DNA of 64,000 nucleotides from the human T2T-CHM13v2.0 reference genome, Homo sapiens: assembly GCF_009914755.1 (NCBI RefSeq), contig NC_060927.1; one strand, given 5' to 3'. Shown in pieces: positions 42,736 to 60,302 of this stretch. The notes beneath the pieces were generated by a model, which was not told the DNA's origin, did not search any database, and saw only the letters and a list, made by a program, of their open reading frames with translations. The position numbers and the translations under genes are program-made. Numbering within the stretch: the stretch's first letter is position 1; every line of letters begins with the position of its first letter.

Positions 42736-44472
42736 TTATAAATCAAAAAGGTTAACTGATATGGAAATGTGTGCTAGAAAGCAGGTTGCAGACATCAGCC
42801 TTCCAGGGAGATGATGAGTGTTTGAATTAGTCAGCAGGAAGTAAGACTCCCTTCCAACTCCAAGATGGGAAAATGGCACCCATGTGATAGAATGGCTAAA
42901 CAACTAGTCAAGTTATCACCTCAGACCATGTGCCTATTGAGAATGAAGCCTGGTGGGATGAGGGTGGGGGTTGGCAGGAAGGTGCTGCTATCCACCAATC
43001 TAAAGAGGATGAAGAAGGCCAGAACTAGAGGGTAGGATGGCTGCTTCTGAAGGCACTGAGAAACTTAAAGCAAGACCATTCAAATGCTGAAACTTTCATT
43101 CTCAAGTTAGAGTGAAACTTAAAGCCTTTCTGTGACCACGTTGAAAAAAAAAAGTCTCTTATTACTTGCAGCTGCCAGGTTAAGACTGGTGGAAATTAAT
43201 TCAGAGCATGAAGTGTCTTAATTATAGTAGGAGTTGTATTTGCAAATTTGCTAAAAAGCCTGTATGAATGTTAAGGCATTGGTAAGATAGACTGAGGATC
43301 AGTGGGAATGGGGATATCTGGGAGGATGCACAGGACCTGGGAAACCCTGTTCCTCCATCCCCTCTGGCACACTGTCATTTCTACTTTTCCTTCTAAGGAA
43401 GCTGTTTTCCCTTAGCATGAGAAAGGTAACAGTTCGCTCTTCATTGTTGCTCACCTAATAAACAGGATTTGAATTCAACCTGGCCCAGAGGGTAAAATGC
43501 AGAATCAAGGTATGGGAAAAAATTCCGTAAAGAATTATAGAAAGTGGTCAATGAACATTATTGAAAAACTGAGTTTGGCTTTTAAGAGTGCTTAATAAAA
43601 AATTGCAGAATAGAAATTTGGATTGGGCTGAATTAATTGACATGTACACTCATTGAAAATATTGCACTCAATGGTTAAGGTCCTAAGAGTTGTTGATTGG
43701 TCTAATACAAACCTGGACCAAATGCTGGTCCATCCTCAATGAGTGTAAAAGGCCAGAGATCCCTAGGAATCATCTAGAGGAAGACAGGAACGTTATACTT
43801 CTATCAAGCATAATGTCAGTCTACCACTGACACTCTTTTTCTTGTCATAAAGACAAGATCGGAGAGGGAAGCTCATTAGGAATGATAGTGGGAGGGGCTG
43901 TAATTGAAATGCAATCTTTGACCTCAGTCAGATAGGGAGTATGTTAAGTGTGGACTTTTTACCTGCAAGAAACAACATAGATGTGGCCATTATAAAAGCC
44001 AACAGGAAAAGGATGGTGATAACACCTCTGGGAGTGATCTGACATCCGGAAGCCTCTGACTATGTTTATTCATTATGGAGATCCCAAGAATTAAGTCAAG
44101 AAAATGTCAGGTCTGGCAAAAAAACAGATCTGTCTTGAGTTGTAGTGAGAAAATGTGGCCTCTCGCCAAATTCTCAGAAGTGAGTCACTTCATAAAATGA
44201 GGGCCTTTTAAGTGAGAAGAAAACCACACCTCAAAAAAAGAGCTCTACAATATGTCATACATGATACTCTAACACCTAGGCTTTCCCAAATGAACCTGTA
44301 ACCAATTTTCCTGGAATAATATGCACTGGGAAAAAGAAGCACCCACAGCCTTTGGTATTATTGATTGCCAATTTTAAGTTACAGTAATTCCAAAAGACCC
44401 AGGAAATCACTCTAGTCAGCCTCAGAGTAGGCACCCATGAGGGCCAGGAGATAGAGGTGCTTCCCCCGCCCC

Positions 44473-45175
<703 letters not shown>

Positions 45176-45553
45176 TCAGACAGTAAATAATGGCTACAAC
45201 AGAGGAAGGCCCAAGTGGAAGCCACTGAAGGCCCCCTGCCCATACAAAGCAGAAAATCAAAAACAACGCTCTATCCTATGAAGAAAATAGCAGATTAGTC
45301 TCATCACAGATAAGAAAGACACAGATATGTTGATTCCTGTCATACCTCCTTTTAATGCTCCAGTTTTGCCAGTAAAAAAATTTAAAAAATAATAAAATAA
45401 AATAAATTGATGGGTCTTGGGGAATAGCCATGGAATGTTACGACTAAATCAGATGGTGACTTTCACTGTGTGTGTTGTCTTCTAAGTTTGGTCCCCTTGC
45501 TGAGGCAAATCATTACAGTCATGGTATTTGGCATGTAGATGCCAGTCTAGAGT

Positions 45554-45755
45554 AGGGGCTGGCAAGCTTTTTCCTAAAGGGCCAGATAGTAAGTATTTTA
45601 GGCTTTCAAGCCAGCTGGTCTCTGTCACAACTACTCAACTCTGAAGTTGTAGCAAGAAAGCAGCCACAGACAACATGTCAGTGCATGGGCACAGCTGTGT
45701 TCCAGTAAAACTAGTTTTCAAACACAGGCACCTACACACTGGAGTTTGCTAACTT
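45554..45755 (-). mobile_element. MER58-type hAT-Charlie MITE
   Basis: ggggctggcaagctttttcctaaagggccagatagtaagtattttaggctt...ctactcaactctg. Confidence 0.8.
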
Positions 45756-47071
45756 CAGATCAGGAAAATACAGTTTTCTCCCTTTTGGTACAGAGAGGCA
45801 CCCAAAGAAGCAGTTTGTCTCCAGCTGTCAGGAGCAGAGTACACGCTGCCATCCTGCCTGGGAGTGATGCTACTTTCAGGTGATTTGCCTCACTGTAATC
45901 TGCAGGGACCTTGTGACTGCATCACCTGACAGGACATCACTTTGGTCCACATGGTTAATATTGTGCTGAGAGGACCTGGGAAACGGGAATAACAAAAACC
46001 TTCAATGTCTTGATAAAACACACGGCTGACAGAGAGTGAAAGATAAAGCCGGAGAAAATATCAGAGTCTCCAACTTCAGGCAAGAGGTGAGGTCCAGTGA
46101 AAGCAGATAGCCTCAGTGTGTGGAGTCCATGCCTGGTCTCCTTCCCTGTGCCACTGTTTACGCTGTTCATGAGCCTCTGAGAAATCATCTGGCTGCCATA
46201 GGAAGGGTGACCCAGCATGTGCTATTTTCCGAGTTTCTTCCATCCTGGGGGGCATTTTGGTGAGAATTCACATGAGATATGAACATTTTTAGGTTTGGGT
46301 CTCATTCAAAGAAATCCATTGACATACTCCTCCAAATCTTGATAACAATTTTCCATTTAATTCCTTCTGTCTTCCCTTACATCTAACCATATATAATAAA
46401 CACTTTCTAGAAATATGTGTAGATTCTGACCCTTGGTGATCTTTCCTTCGAAGCAAAGAGGACACTATGATAAACACCTTGATTTCTGCCACCTGGGAGG
46501 TGTCTTCTCCACTTGTCCTTTAGGGCTACCCCTGAGAGGGGCTGAATCTAACACAATCTACCTCAGGTTGGTGCAAGCAAAGTGCAGAGTCCTCTATCCA
46601 TAAGACAGGCATGAGTGTTTTCATCCTCAGACAGATCATCGCAGCCAACTTCCTGGGAGGCCACAGGTCCAGGTGAAGGGAGAGGATGGCAGTTGTTGGG
46701 ACTAGGGATGGGATAGGCATGAATAACCTGCCCATGCTGCCTTTCGAACCTGTGTGGATTACATCCTATATAATCCCACTTCCCCTTTATGATGCAGTGT
46801 TATTGGGTCTCTCTGTGGCAAAGTAGGTCAGGTGGCAGTCAGTTCATAATAAACAACCTGAGTGTCATGGTAAGCTGGTGTCTCATAGTCAAACTCTCAG
46901 AGTCCCCTGGAGTCCAGTAACAACCCAGGACTTATTTTTTTGCTGAAAGGGATGTAGCATTTCTTCGCCCTCCAAGGGGCTGCTGCCATGCTCCTGTCCA
47001 GGCTTGTATCCAAAATTTGACTCAAGGAGTTCAAGAATAGCAAAAACGGGTGTCATCGCAAAGTAGAATAC

Positions 47072-47142
47072 CCAGTAGTAGTAGTAGCAGCAGCAGTAAT
47101 AGCAGTAGTAGCAGTAATAGTAGTTGTTGTTGTTGCTGTTGT
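47072..47142. repeat. Compound trinucleotide repeat (TAG/CAG/TAA then TTG)
   Basis: cagtagtagtagtagcagcagcagtaatagcag...tagttgttgttgttgctgttg. Confidence 0.9.
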
Positions 47143-48085
47143 GATTCAGGAAAAACTCCCAGAATGGAAGTACACAGGTCTGTGAGATGAAGGGGGTACC
47201 AAGTACCCACCAGGATAAATGGACACAGACCCTCTTCCGAGCACATCATTATGAACTTTCAGAACAACAGGGATAAATATATTGAGAGCTTTTAAGAGGG
47301 GGAAAAACAGGTAACAGAAAGGAATAGAAATGGACTTGACATCAGATTCTCAATGACAACATTGGCTGATACAAGACTGTGGGGCAACAGCATCAGTTTT
47401 GAGAAAATATTATGTTCAGCCCAGAAATCTCTACAGAGCCAACGTATGAGATCCACTGAGGCTTGAATATAGATATTTTTAGACACAGAAGGATTTTGCA
47501 ATTTACTTTCCATTTACCCATTCTCAAGAAGAGACAAAATATATGCTTTAGCAAAATGAAGAGGTAACCAAGAAAGAGGAGATCCTAGGATCTTAGAAAT
47601 GAGTTCAACACAGGACAGTGGCAAAGGAATCTCCAGGACCTCCACAGAAGCCTGTCCAGACTGGTATTGAGAAAGGACATGAAATTTGTAGGTTTCGAAT
47701 ATTTTAAAAAATTATTGTTGGGCCCATGACAGATCAAATTTGAGCATTTTGGAAATTGGTGATAAGTATTTTTACAAAGTAAGCAGATGGAAAAAATCAA
47801 AAGAAACTACTATTAACTCCAAGAATATAAAACATTAGCTCAACAGTGAATAATACTTATGTGGTCATAATAACATGAACACTGACTAGTCATTTAACCA
47901 GAAACTGTCAAAAAACCATATTGAGAGGATGTTGGGAGGGGAAGGAAGTGTAAGCTAAATCCTCACCTACAAGAACAGGAAATCAATAAATTCTGTCTAA
48001 AATTGATACATTATGAAGTAGCAATCAATATAAGCATGTTACTTAACACTTAGGGCAGCACCAGAGAAACAGCCAACAGAGTTGA

Positions 48086-48475
<390 letters not shown>

Positions 48476-49699
48476 TGTAACTTGATAACTTTTAAAAACT
48501 TGATGTTATTAGGTGAAGAAGTAAGAGCAAAAATATAATAAAATAAGAATAGAAGAGTATGATTAAACTATAAACACAATTCCTTACTGTGTACCAGACA
48601 CTGACAATTGAAAGACATAAACACAAACTTGGCCATTCACTCCTTAGTAACCAAACACAGAGAAAACACTTCCCATTATAGATGCTAGAATATTATCAGA
48701 TTATTAGAGCAATACTAAACTAGAGGCCAACCAACTACACATTTTGGGAAATGTTGAATGGTCCAATGTTAGCTAAAAATCAGTACCTGGCCACGCTAAG
48801 GCCAAAACTGTCACCATCATAGAAAAAATTGTTGGGATTTAAGAACAATCTGAAATTGTATTTTAAAATGTAATTATAATTGCAACTGTATTGTTAAAAT
48901 TGACTGCTCTGATTTTTAAAGTTTGATATCTAGGTGAGGAAACCACCACTTCTCAGCACTGTCAGCATTCCATGTTCCTGTGGTCACTATGCGGCAAGTG
49001 TAAGATACAAGTCAGAGGCCTCCAAGTGAGGTCGGTAGGAGGGCAGGGTTTGGTGTTTACTGTGCCAGTATGAGGGAGTGCTCATGATGATGTCACCAAG
49101 ATTTTCAGCTTTCCTTTCTTTATCTCTCTGGGCAATCAGCTAAGGTAAAAGCATCTCTCCTCTTCAACTCCTGGAATTAAAGATACCATCATGAATGATA
49201 ATACAATTTCATTGTTTGTGCACTACTTAAAGAAGTCTTCTGAGTATGTTCAGAAGCTCTCTATTTGGACACCTCTTAGGCAACACTTCCAATCCTCTTG
49301 GGCTCTTGTGCTGTGGGCTCCAGCCAGCCTTGCACAGCTGTAGCCGGATGTGCCTGGCCTGGGCCTGGGCCATGCCTCTCATCCCTATCTCAGGGCTCCT
49401 CCACTGACACTCAGCACCCACACATGTGCAAGCTGCAAATGCAGGGGACCTCATGCCTAGTGGGGCAAAGCTTTGACCAACGGGTGACCGGATCTGATGG
49501 GGAAAGGGATCTCTTTTTTCCCCTAGGTTCATAATCCTAAGAAGCATCTCACAGCTCGTCAGGCAGTCCTGAGAGGCCTAGCAAGCAGCTCCCCTGGTTG
49601 GGTGCATGTGCATCCTCATTCTGGCCCTCTCTCCTTTCCTGCTTTACTCCCCTGTCCCTCACCTCTACTGTCTCAATCTCAGCCTCCACCTTCTGGGGA

Positions 49700-51090
<1,391 letters not shown>

Positions 51091-51270
51091 ATATCTATCT
51101 GGTTGTCTTTGAACGTCTAAATATAAGGGGCATCAGACACCATATCAGCACACTTAGTATTATTGTCTGTAATCCTTCTGTGCACAGCAGAATGCACAGC
51201 AGGCAAATGTTTTCTAGGATCTCTAGCTAGAAATCATAGTCTGGATGAATCTCAAAATCCTTCAACTTCT

Positions 51271-51550
51271 TTTCTTTTTTTATTTTGTTGAGACAGGGTC
51301 TTCTCACTTTGTCACCCAGGCTGGAGTGCAGTGCTGTAATCATGTCTCACTGCAGCCTCGACCTTCTGGACTCAAGTGATCCTTCCACCCCAGCCTCCCA
51401 ACTGGCTGGGACTATAGGTGCATGCCACCACACCCAGCTAATCTTTGTATTTTTTGTAGAGAAGGGGTTTTGCCATATTTTCCAGGCTGGTCTCAAACTC
51501 CTGGGCTCAAGAGATGGGCCTGCCTCAGCCTCCCAAAGTGCTAGGATAAC
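51271..51550 (-). mobile_element. Alu (AluJ-like, slightly 5'-truncated)
   Basis: 17-bp TSD AAAATCCTTCAACTTCT (51254-51270 / 51551-51567). Confidence 0.95.
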
Positions 51551-52002
51551 AAAATCCTTCAACTTCTGAGGATGGGTGGCAACCTCTAGCAATCACTGTG
51601 ACAAGGTTTTTGTTTACATTTTAGCCTTTGTATTTTCAATAGTTTCAAAAGCAAGGCTTATGTCTTTGTAAAATATTCATATGAAGTAGCATGTTTCAAA
51701 GTTTGATTCATGAGATAAAATATGTTCTGAAGCTCTCCTTTTTCTCAACACTTCCTTTTTTTCTTCATAACTTATGTTTCTTTGCACGTCTGGATCAAAG
51801 ATTGTTTATTGTGGATATTTCTATATGTTCTTCTGGAGTCTTTTTGGAAAAATTTGAGGTGAAATCTTGACATTCTGCTTTTGGCTCATCAGCATATGAT
51901 AGGAAGAATTCTCAAATAGAAAATTTTCTGAAAAGATTCCTAGCTGAAGTTGAATTAAATAAACTAAAAATTAGTCACAATTGTTAAAGGTTATTTTAAT
52001 TT

Positions 52003-52268
52003 GGCAGGACACGGTGGCTCACGCCACGCCTGTAATCCCAGAACTTTGGGAGGCCGAGGCGGGCAGATTACGAGGTCAGGAGGTCAAGACCATCCTGGCT
52101 AACATGGTGAAACCCCATCTCTACTAAAAATACAAAACAACAACAACAACAACAAAAACCAACTAGCCGGGCATGGTGGCAGGTGCCTGTAGTCCCAGCT
52201 ACTTGGGAGGCTGAGGCAGGAGAATGACGTCAACCCGGGAGGCGGAGCTTGCAGTGAGCTGAGATTGC
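52003..52268 (+). mobile_element. Alu (AluY/Sc-like), 3'-truncated, with a (CAA)n linker
   Basis: accatcctggctaac and ggcggagcttgcagtg diagnostics; stops at gagattgc with no A tail. Confidence 0.9.
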
Positions 52269-52673
52269 TGTCAAACAACAAAGATTAAAATTATGGTGTA
52301 ATTTAATCTCTATAATCAATTATTTTTCTCTATTCTATTTGTTATTGTTATTTATATATTTATAAACATCTCTTGGTCCCTGCCTGGCACAATGTGCTCT
52401 CTGTAGCACCTAATAACACACACTTTCTCTTAATATTTGTTTTAACTGCCAATCTATTTTTCTACTTATTTTATCACTTGAAAATCTCATTTTTTGTACA
52501 CAAAAATTGACAGCTTATATTGCCATTAGTTTTCGCAGCATTTTACTCTTGTAATTTTCAATGTACATTTACATTTCAATTGGTTGACAGAATATCAACA
52601 TATAAAGCATGTAAGGAGACTTTTCACTGTAAGTCACATCTAAATGCTTACTTGTATTTGGAACTAACCATTA

Positions 52674-53014
<341 letters not shown>

Positions 53015-54485
53015 ACCTGTGCTCGTGTTACATACATTGATAAGATAGTGTCCTACACAATCACATGCCCATTGATCATATAGAAGTTCAAGAATCTAAA
53101 AAATGAAATTGATATAGGCATCTGGCTTTTTGGCCTTCCAATGGCTAAGGTCAATGCTTAAACCAAAATTAGATTGTTTTAACTATATATTTTTCCTACC
53201 TCATATTACCTCAGCCTTATTTTTGAATGGCACTGAATCCTTATATATTTTCATATTGGGTACTTTTCAAAAATGTATATGCTATTTTACCTCTTGTGAC
53301 TCATAAGAAGTTAAAACAGAAAAAAAGAGAGCAACATCTGTGTGGCTAATTCAAGAACTATGGGTATTACAGGAAGTCTTATAAGAAAACTAAAGATGCA
53401 TTGGTGAGATGCTTTTAATTTTCTTACTGTGCCTGAAAAGTCAATGGACTTTCAAAAAATTATATAAACATTTAGCAAAGTTACCAGTTGAGACAAGATG
53501 GTGAAGGTTGAGCTGACCTAGGCTCTCAACCAGAGCCAGAGTGCATGAGTTGGGGAGCCATGAGGCAGAGATGGGTGTGGAGAGCAGAGGGGCTGGCGCA
53601 TCCCATGCCTTCACCTGCTGATCCACCATACATGTTCCACCCTGCCTTCACATCTCTAGGCTCTGCTGGTCCAAAGTTTTTGTGACCAAGTGAGAATACT
53701 TCTATAAGTGGACCCAAAAAGTTCTCCCTAATTGGAAACTGAGAATGCCACCTGGTGCTATCATTTTCTTACACAACCAAAGAAATTGCAAACAGAAAAA
53801 GAGAGAGAGACAGAGATGGAGGGAGGCAGAAGGAGAGAGAGAAAGAGATCCTGAAAGAGTATATATAATATGGGTGGTGAAATCTAGGGGAATATTTTAT
53901 TTGTGTCCTTGTACAAGTATATCCAAAAGTAGAAATTAACAGAAACTACCACAGTCCTATACAGACAGGTCTGTAAATGCCTCAGATGGCTAAGAAATGA
54001 CGGATTGGGCCATCTCAACAGACTCCACCCAGAGAAGTGGTGGCCAAAAGAAAGGGGAACATAAAATGAGTAGTGGAGGAGGGATCTTAAATATCGGTTG
54101 CAGAAATAAACACTACTGTTTCACCCTGTACTTCTTTTCTTTTTATTTCTTTAATTATTATGTATGAGTTGTGTTGATTATGGTTAAATTTGACATTTGG
54201 TTCATAGGCTGAAGATTATAAATGTCAGCTCGCAATGAAAATCCAATAGAAATTGATGTCGCTGGGAGAGCATGGACTTGCATGACTTTGGACTCAGTAA
54301 CTCATTTCTAGGTGCAGCAGTTGATGATGACCTTGTGCCTAGCACCCACACTGCTCCCTAGCCATGGGGCTGACCCATGCTGTGTAATTTGACTTGAAAA
54401 GCTTTTACAGAAAAAAAGACCAGAAGCATTTATTATTAAAAATGTTTTTTAAAGTTCTGATTAGTTTTACTTTCTACTTTTATTT

Positions 54486-54786
<301 letters not shown>

Positions 54787-55899
54787 TTCTACTTTTATTT
54801 TTAATTTTGTGTTGCTTCCTCGTCCTCTGACTCCCGTTCCTTTTTTTGATGGTTTTCAGATTAGAAAAAAAAATATGTATGTTGTATCAAGGGCTAACTT
54901 AATATGTAAAGATGCATAGAAGCATTAGCATCCCTTCCCCCTTTTTCCTGGCTTAAACAAAAAGAAATACAAACATATTCACACATATGGAGATTTTTTT
55001 TTGTTTTCTTCCACTGATATATTGTCATATGGTATTTATTTCTCTTTAACTTGCTAATTTTTCACTTTATTACAAATCATGGACATCCCTCTATTCAATA
55101 CATAATACTTAACTCTCCATTTTCCCCAATTTCTTTATGCAAAAATGCAAATTCTTATGCATAATTTTACATTTATGGGATCATATTACGCTTGCATATG
55201 TGAGAGCATCTTTTTCTTTTTAGCACAGTTTTTTGTTTCTCTTTTTTTCTCCCTACCAGCCTCTCCAAACCCCCCCTCCCAACTCGAGTGCCCCCAAGTC
55301 TCACAATGGCCATGTTCTCTGAGCTAGTACACCCATGCAGCTTTTTTGCCCATTGTTTATGATACGTAATGCACAGTTCTTTGCATATTACCTTTTTATC
55401 CTATAAGACCATGCAGAAATTCTTCCAAATCAGGTGGTGTAGTTCTAATTTTTTTCCTTTTAGTGGCATGATAATATTCCAGGGTGTGGATGAGCCAAAA
55501 TTTATTGACCCCTTCAAGTATTTTAAATTAATCACTTTCTGGGGCTTTTTTTTCCCCCACTTAAATATTCTCATATACCACTCATGTTACTTTTATTTCC
55601 ATGGTATAGATTCCCAGGAGTTGGATTGGTTGGATGTATCTTAAATTAAAGAGAGGCTGCTAGATTATTTTCTGAAACAATTATGATAATTTACTTCACT
55701 TTTTCACAAGCACTGTATAAGAAAACCTCTCAATTCTCCCTACTTCACTGGCCAATTTATTATGCAGACATTTCCATCTTCCAAATACATTTAATATGAT
55801 GGGCCTAAAGTGATATTTCATTTTTAATGTAATTACTGTGCTTGAGAATGTTTGTATGTTTGTTAGCCATTAGCATTTTCTTTCTGCAAACTGTCAATT

Positions 55900-57050
55900 T
55901 ATTCAGGATGAGAGAGGAGACGTAGAAAAATGGAAAGGATAAGGAAAGCGTAGATGAATTCTACATACAACTCTGTGGTGACACACTGGGAACCTCAAGG
56001 AAATGAGCGATCTCCCAGAAAAATGTATATTATCAAAACCCAAAAATAAGTAGAATATATAAATAGGCCAATTAACACAGAAAAATTAGAAAGGTAAACT
56101 AATATCTACTTTTTAAAAGGGTACCAGAACCAAATATTTTCACAGCTAAGTTCTACTTACCCTTTAAAGAAGAGATAATATTATCATATTTAAATTATTC
56201 CACCTCACGGAAAAAGATGGAAAACTTCCCATTCAACTTTATGAAGCCAGACTATTTTAAAGATAGAATGAAAAAAGGCAACTGTTTATCAATCTCATGT
56301 AAGTCCACAAGTAATAGTCAAAACATTGGTGAATGAAATTCAGCAATATATCAAAATATATATACTATGGTCAAGTGATGTTACCCAAATATAGAAACGT
56401 GGTTCAGCTTAGGAAGTCTACTCTCTCGATGCATTCAATCAACAAACTGTAGAATAAAACCCCAAATGATCATATTAATAGATACTGAAAAATTATTTTA
56501 TAAAATCCAGCAATTATTCCCAATAAAAATTCTAAATAGAATTTTTTGTGATAAATTCTGTTATTTAAAATCATCAAAAAAACACCCCAAATGGTAAAAT
56601 ATTAAAACTAAGCCAATTAAGTTCAGAAATCATACATAGATTCCTGCTATCACCATTGAAATTTAATGTTGTCTTAGAGAGTCTAACAAATGCAATAAGA
56701 ACAAGAAGGAAAAATATTGGTAAAACCTTGCATGCCCATATACCTAGAAAAACCAAGTCTATCTGGAAAAAAAAAACCTTCTGGACCATACGAGAATTAA
56801 TAGTGTTTCCCTATTTCAGCAATAATTGACTCAGAAATCCAGAAGCTGTGTAAAAAGGTAAACATATTTGAGTATATAAATTGTTCAACTTTTTGTAGAA
56901 CAAAATAGGTCACAGCAAAGCCAGTTCAAAAATATTTTTGCAAAAGAAAAATTTGCAACTAAGATGATGAATAAAGTATTGATATCTACAATATCTAGAG
57001 TTCTTACAAAGTTGGAAGAAAAAGACAGATAACCCAATAGAGACATGTTG
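55900..57050 (+). mobile_element. Ancient L1M ORF2 remnant
   Basis: Degenerate ORF2-like A-rich text (atgatcatattaatagatactgaaaaa; ctgctatcaccattgaaatttaatgttgtcttaga). Confidence 0.6.
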
Positions 57051-57870
57051 AAAGTCACACCTTGATGAGATCAGGAACTAGATTTCATACCACAGATAGC
57101 AGGTTTCCCTCAAAAAGGTTACTTCTAGCAAAGCAAATTGTGCTAGATTAAACAATCAGATTGCAACACTGCTTTCAGCACACTTTAAAAAATAATAATA
57201 TGAAGGAGGAAAGCATATGCACTTTCTTTCAAACCCCTCTACCCCCTACAACAACATGCCATAAAATTTTAGTTTTATACATTGTCAGGCTATCTTTGTT
57301 GTGGAGGGAAAAGAAACTCTGGCATCCTTAAATCTCTGGCCCAGTAGGGGGCCCTGAAATCCTGCCTAGCTGTGGAAGGCCCTCTCCCCTCATCTTGGAT
57401 GTCCTCAGCTTTCTTTAGACTCACACTCTGCATTGTGGCCCAAAAGGACAGATCACCTGGATTTTGTACACAGATTTAGATGGTGTCTGTACTTTTTCTG
57501 CCAGGCCCCACCCAGTGGATTAAGCTGTTACGAGATGGAACCAGAAACCTGGGTCAGGACACACCATCGGCCCCTGTGTAGGATTCTTCATGTGACAGCT
57601 ACTCCTTCAGATGCAATTTGGCCATCCAGCCATTTGCCCTGCCCCTGGCCCAGGGTAGTCCCTACTTCCTCCGGTCACCTATTGATTCATATGTGTCAGT
57701 TATGACACCTTAGACGTTGCTCAGTGACCTTGGGTGAGGCGAGCAGCAATGGAATAATAAGCACCCACCTGTTTCTGAGCTGCGTCTTGGTCCCACCCAT
57801 GTTCACAGCCTCCATGACCTTGAGGCTGTGTGGCTCTTCTGCAGAAAGCACGGCACACAGGATCCCCAGT

Positions 57871-58720
57871 TGAGGCAGTGTGCAAACAACAGAGAAAGGA
57901 TTAGTGAGATGTGGATGGGGCAGGCATCCACGTCTTCTCTATTCCAGAAAGAAGGCTGATATCACAGAGCAAGGGGGAGTCCCAGGGAACTGGCAAAGCA
58001 ACTGTGACACATCCCAGGAGTGAGTGGGCTTGGGGACTTGCTGGGGCAGGGAGTTGTAGACTCTCAAAAAGCAGAGGGGGAGATGAATCATGTAGATAAC
58101 TCAAAACCTGCAAGAAGGAAATTACTTTAAGTACTTAAACTCAAAGGTTGTTAGTTTCAATCCTTCTACAGAAGCCAAGACAAAAAGGTGAAAGAACAGG
58201 TGAGGAGAAGGGGATTTCAACACAGGAATTGAAACTGAGACATCCTGGGGCTGTGAGAGGGGCAGAGGTTTTCTTCTCTTTAATTGTCCATGATCCTAGC
58301 TCCAATTCCTGAAACTGAAGAATCAGGTTAGTTTTTGTGATTTTCTGATAGCTTCCATGGTGCCCACCAAACACTTAGAACCAGCGTCCATGGACACAGT
58401 ATTGAATTAAGCATTATGGCATGCACAGAGGATGTGAAACAATTGGAAGGCAATGAACAGCAGTGCCATGGTTTGATGTAGGGCTTCCTTATTCACAGTG
58501 AAGTTCATGGACTAACAGCATCCATACCCTCTGGGAGCTTTTCAGAAAGGCCGAATCTCAAGCCCCACCCCAGAGCTACTGATCAGAATCTGCATTTTTA
58601 GCAAGACTCCCAGATGATTTGTAGGCAGGTTAAAGTTTTAGAAATGCTTATATAGGCAATAAGGCAGACAGAAGAGACTGCCTGAAGTGGAGGCTGAGGC
58701 AGTGTGCAAACAACAGAGAA
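57871..58720 (+). repeat. Exact 26-bp direct repeat TGAGGCAGTGTGCAAACAACAGAGAA (57871-57896, 58695-58720)
   Basis: Identical strings read directly from the sequence, 824 bp apart. Confidence 0.95.
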
Positions 58721-59146
58721 GGGGCTGAAATTGGGGCTGCTACAGAAAGCTTCATGGACAAGTGGAGCCTGGGCCAACACACAGGGCCTTTCTTTCCTTT
58801 ACTCATGTGACCTTCCTACTGGGGGAATATGTGTTTGGTTACAAGTAATACACTGCCTCTCCAGCAAGGTGTCCAGGGATGTTACTTTTGCTTTCAGGAA
58901 ACCCATGAAAAGGAAATTTCAACTCCTGTAATCAGGAAAGAAAGGAATAGCTCATGTGCTAAGAATGGCCTTCGTCCCTTAGCAAGGAACTGCTCTCTGA
59001 GTGCAGAAAGAGAGATTGAATGCCTACCCGAGCCAGACACTCCCCGGCTTTCTCTCCCCACTCGAAACACTGCTTACTGGACTGTGCCTCAGCTTGTCAC
59101 CACCGACTCCCAGTGAGGAGTGCTCTATTTTAAAATTGCCCTTTGA

Positions 59147-59555
<409 letters not shown>

Positions 59556-59856
59556 CTACAGAAAAACAGGACAAGAGGAAGAAGAAGTCAAAGATGGTCT
59601 TCTGTGCTCCAGAAGCTCTGGAAGATGTGAGACTTGCAGAGCCTTTGATACACCAGTGTGGGACTCTAAGCTTATTTAAGCACTTTTTTCAAGATGTAAA
59701 AGACTTCAGGACAGGCTTCATCGCTTCTGTGTCTTCTCAAAGAAAACCCATTTTCTCTGAGACATTTTTCTCCTTGAATCCTGTACCAAGAATGACTGTG
59801 AATCTACTGGGGAACTACCTTGCCTGATCTTCTGAGTCTAAAAAATCAGAACATAT

Positions 59857-60302
<446 letters not shown>

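Noticed and set aside
47031-47249. PolyQ/polyL ORF resembling a signal or transmembrane peptide
   Set aside because: Translation of a trinucleotide microsatellite; no exon evidence.
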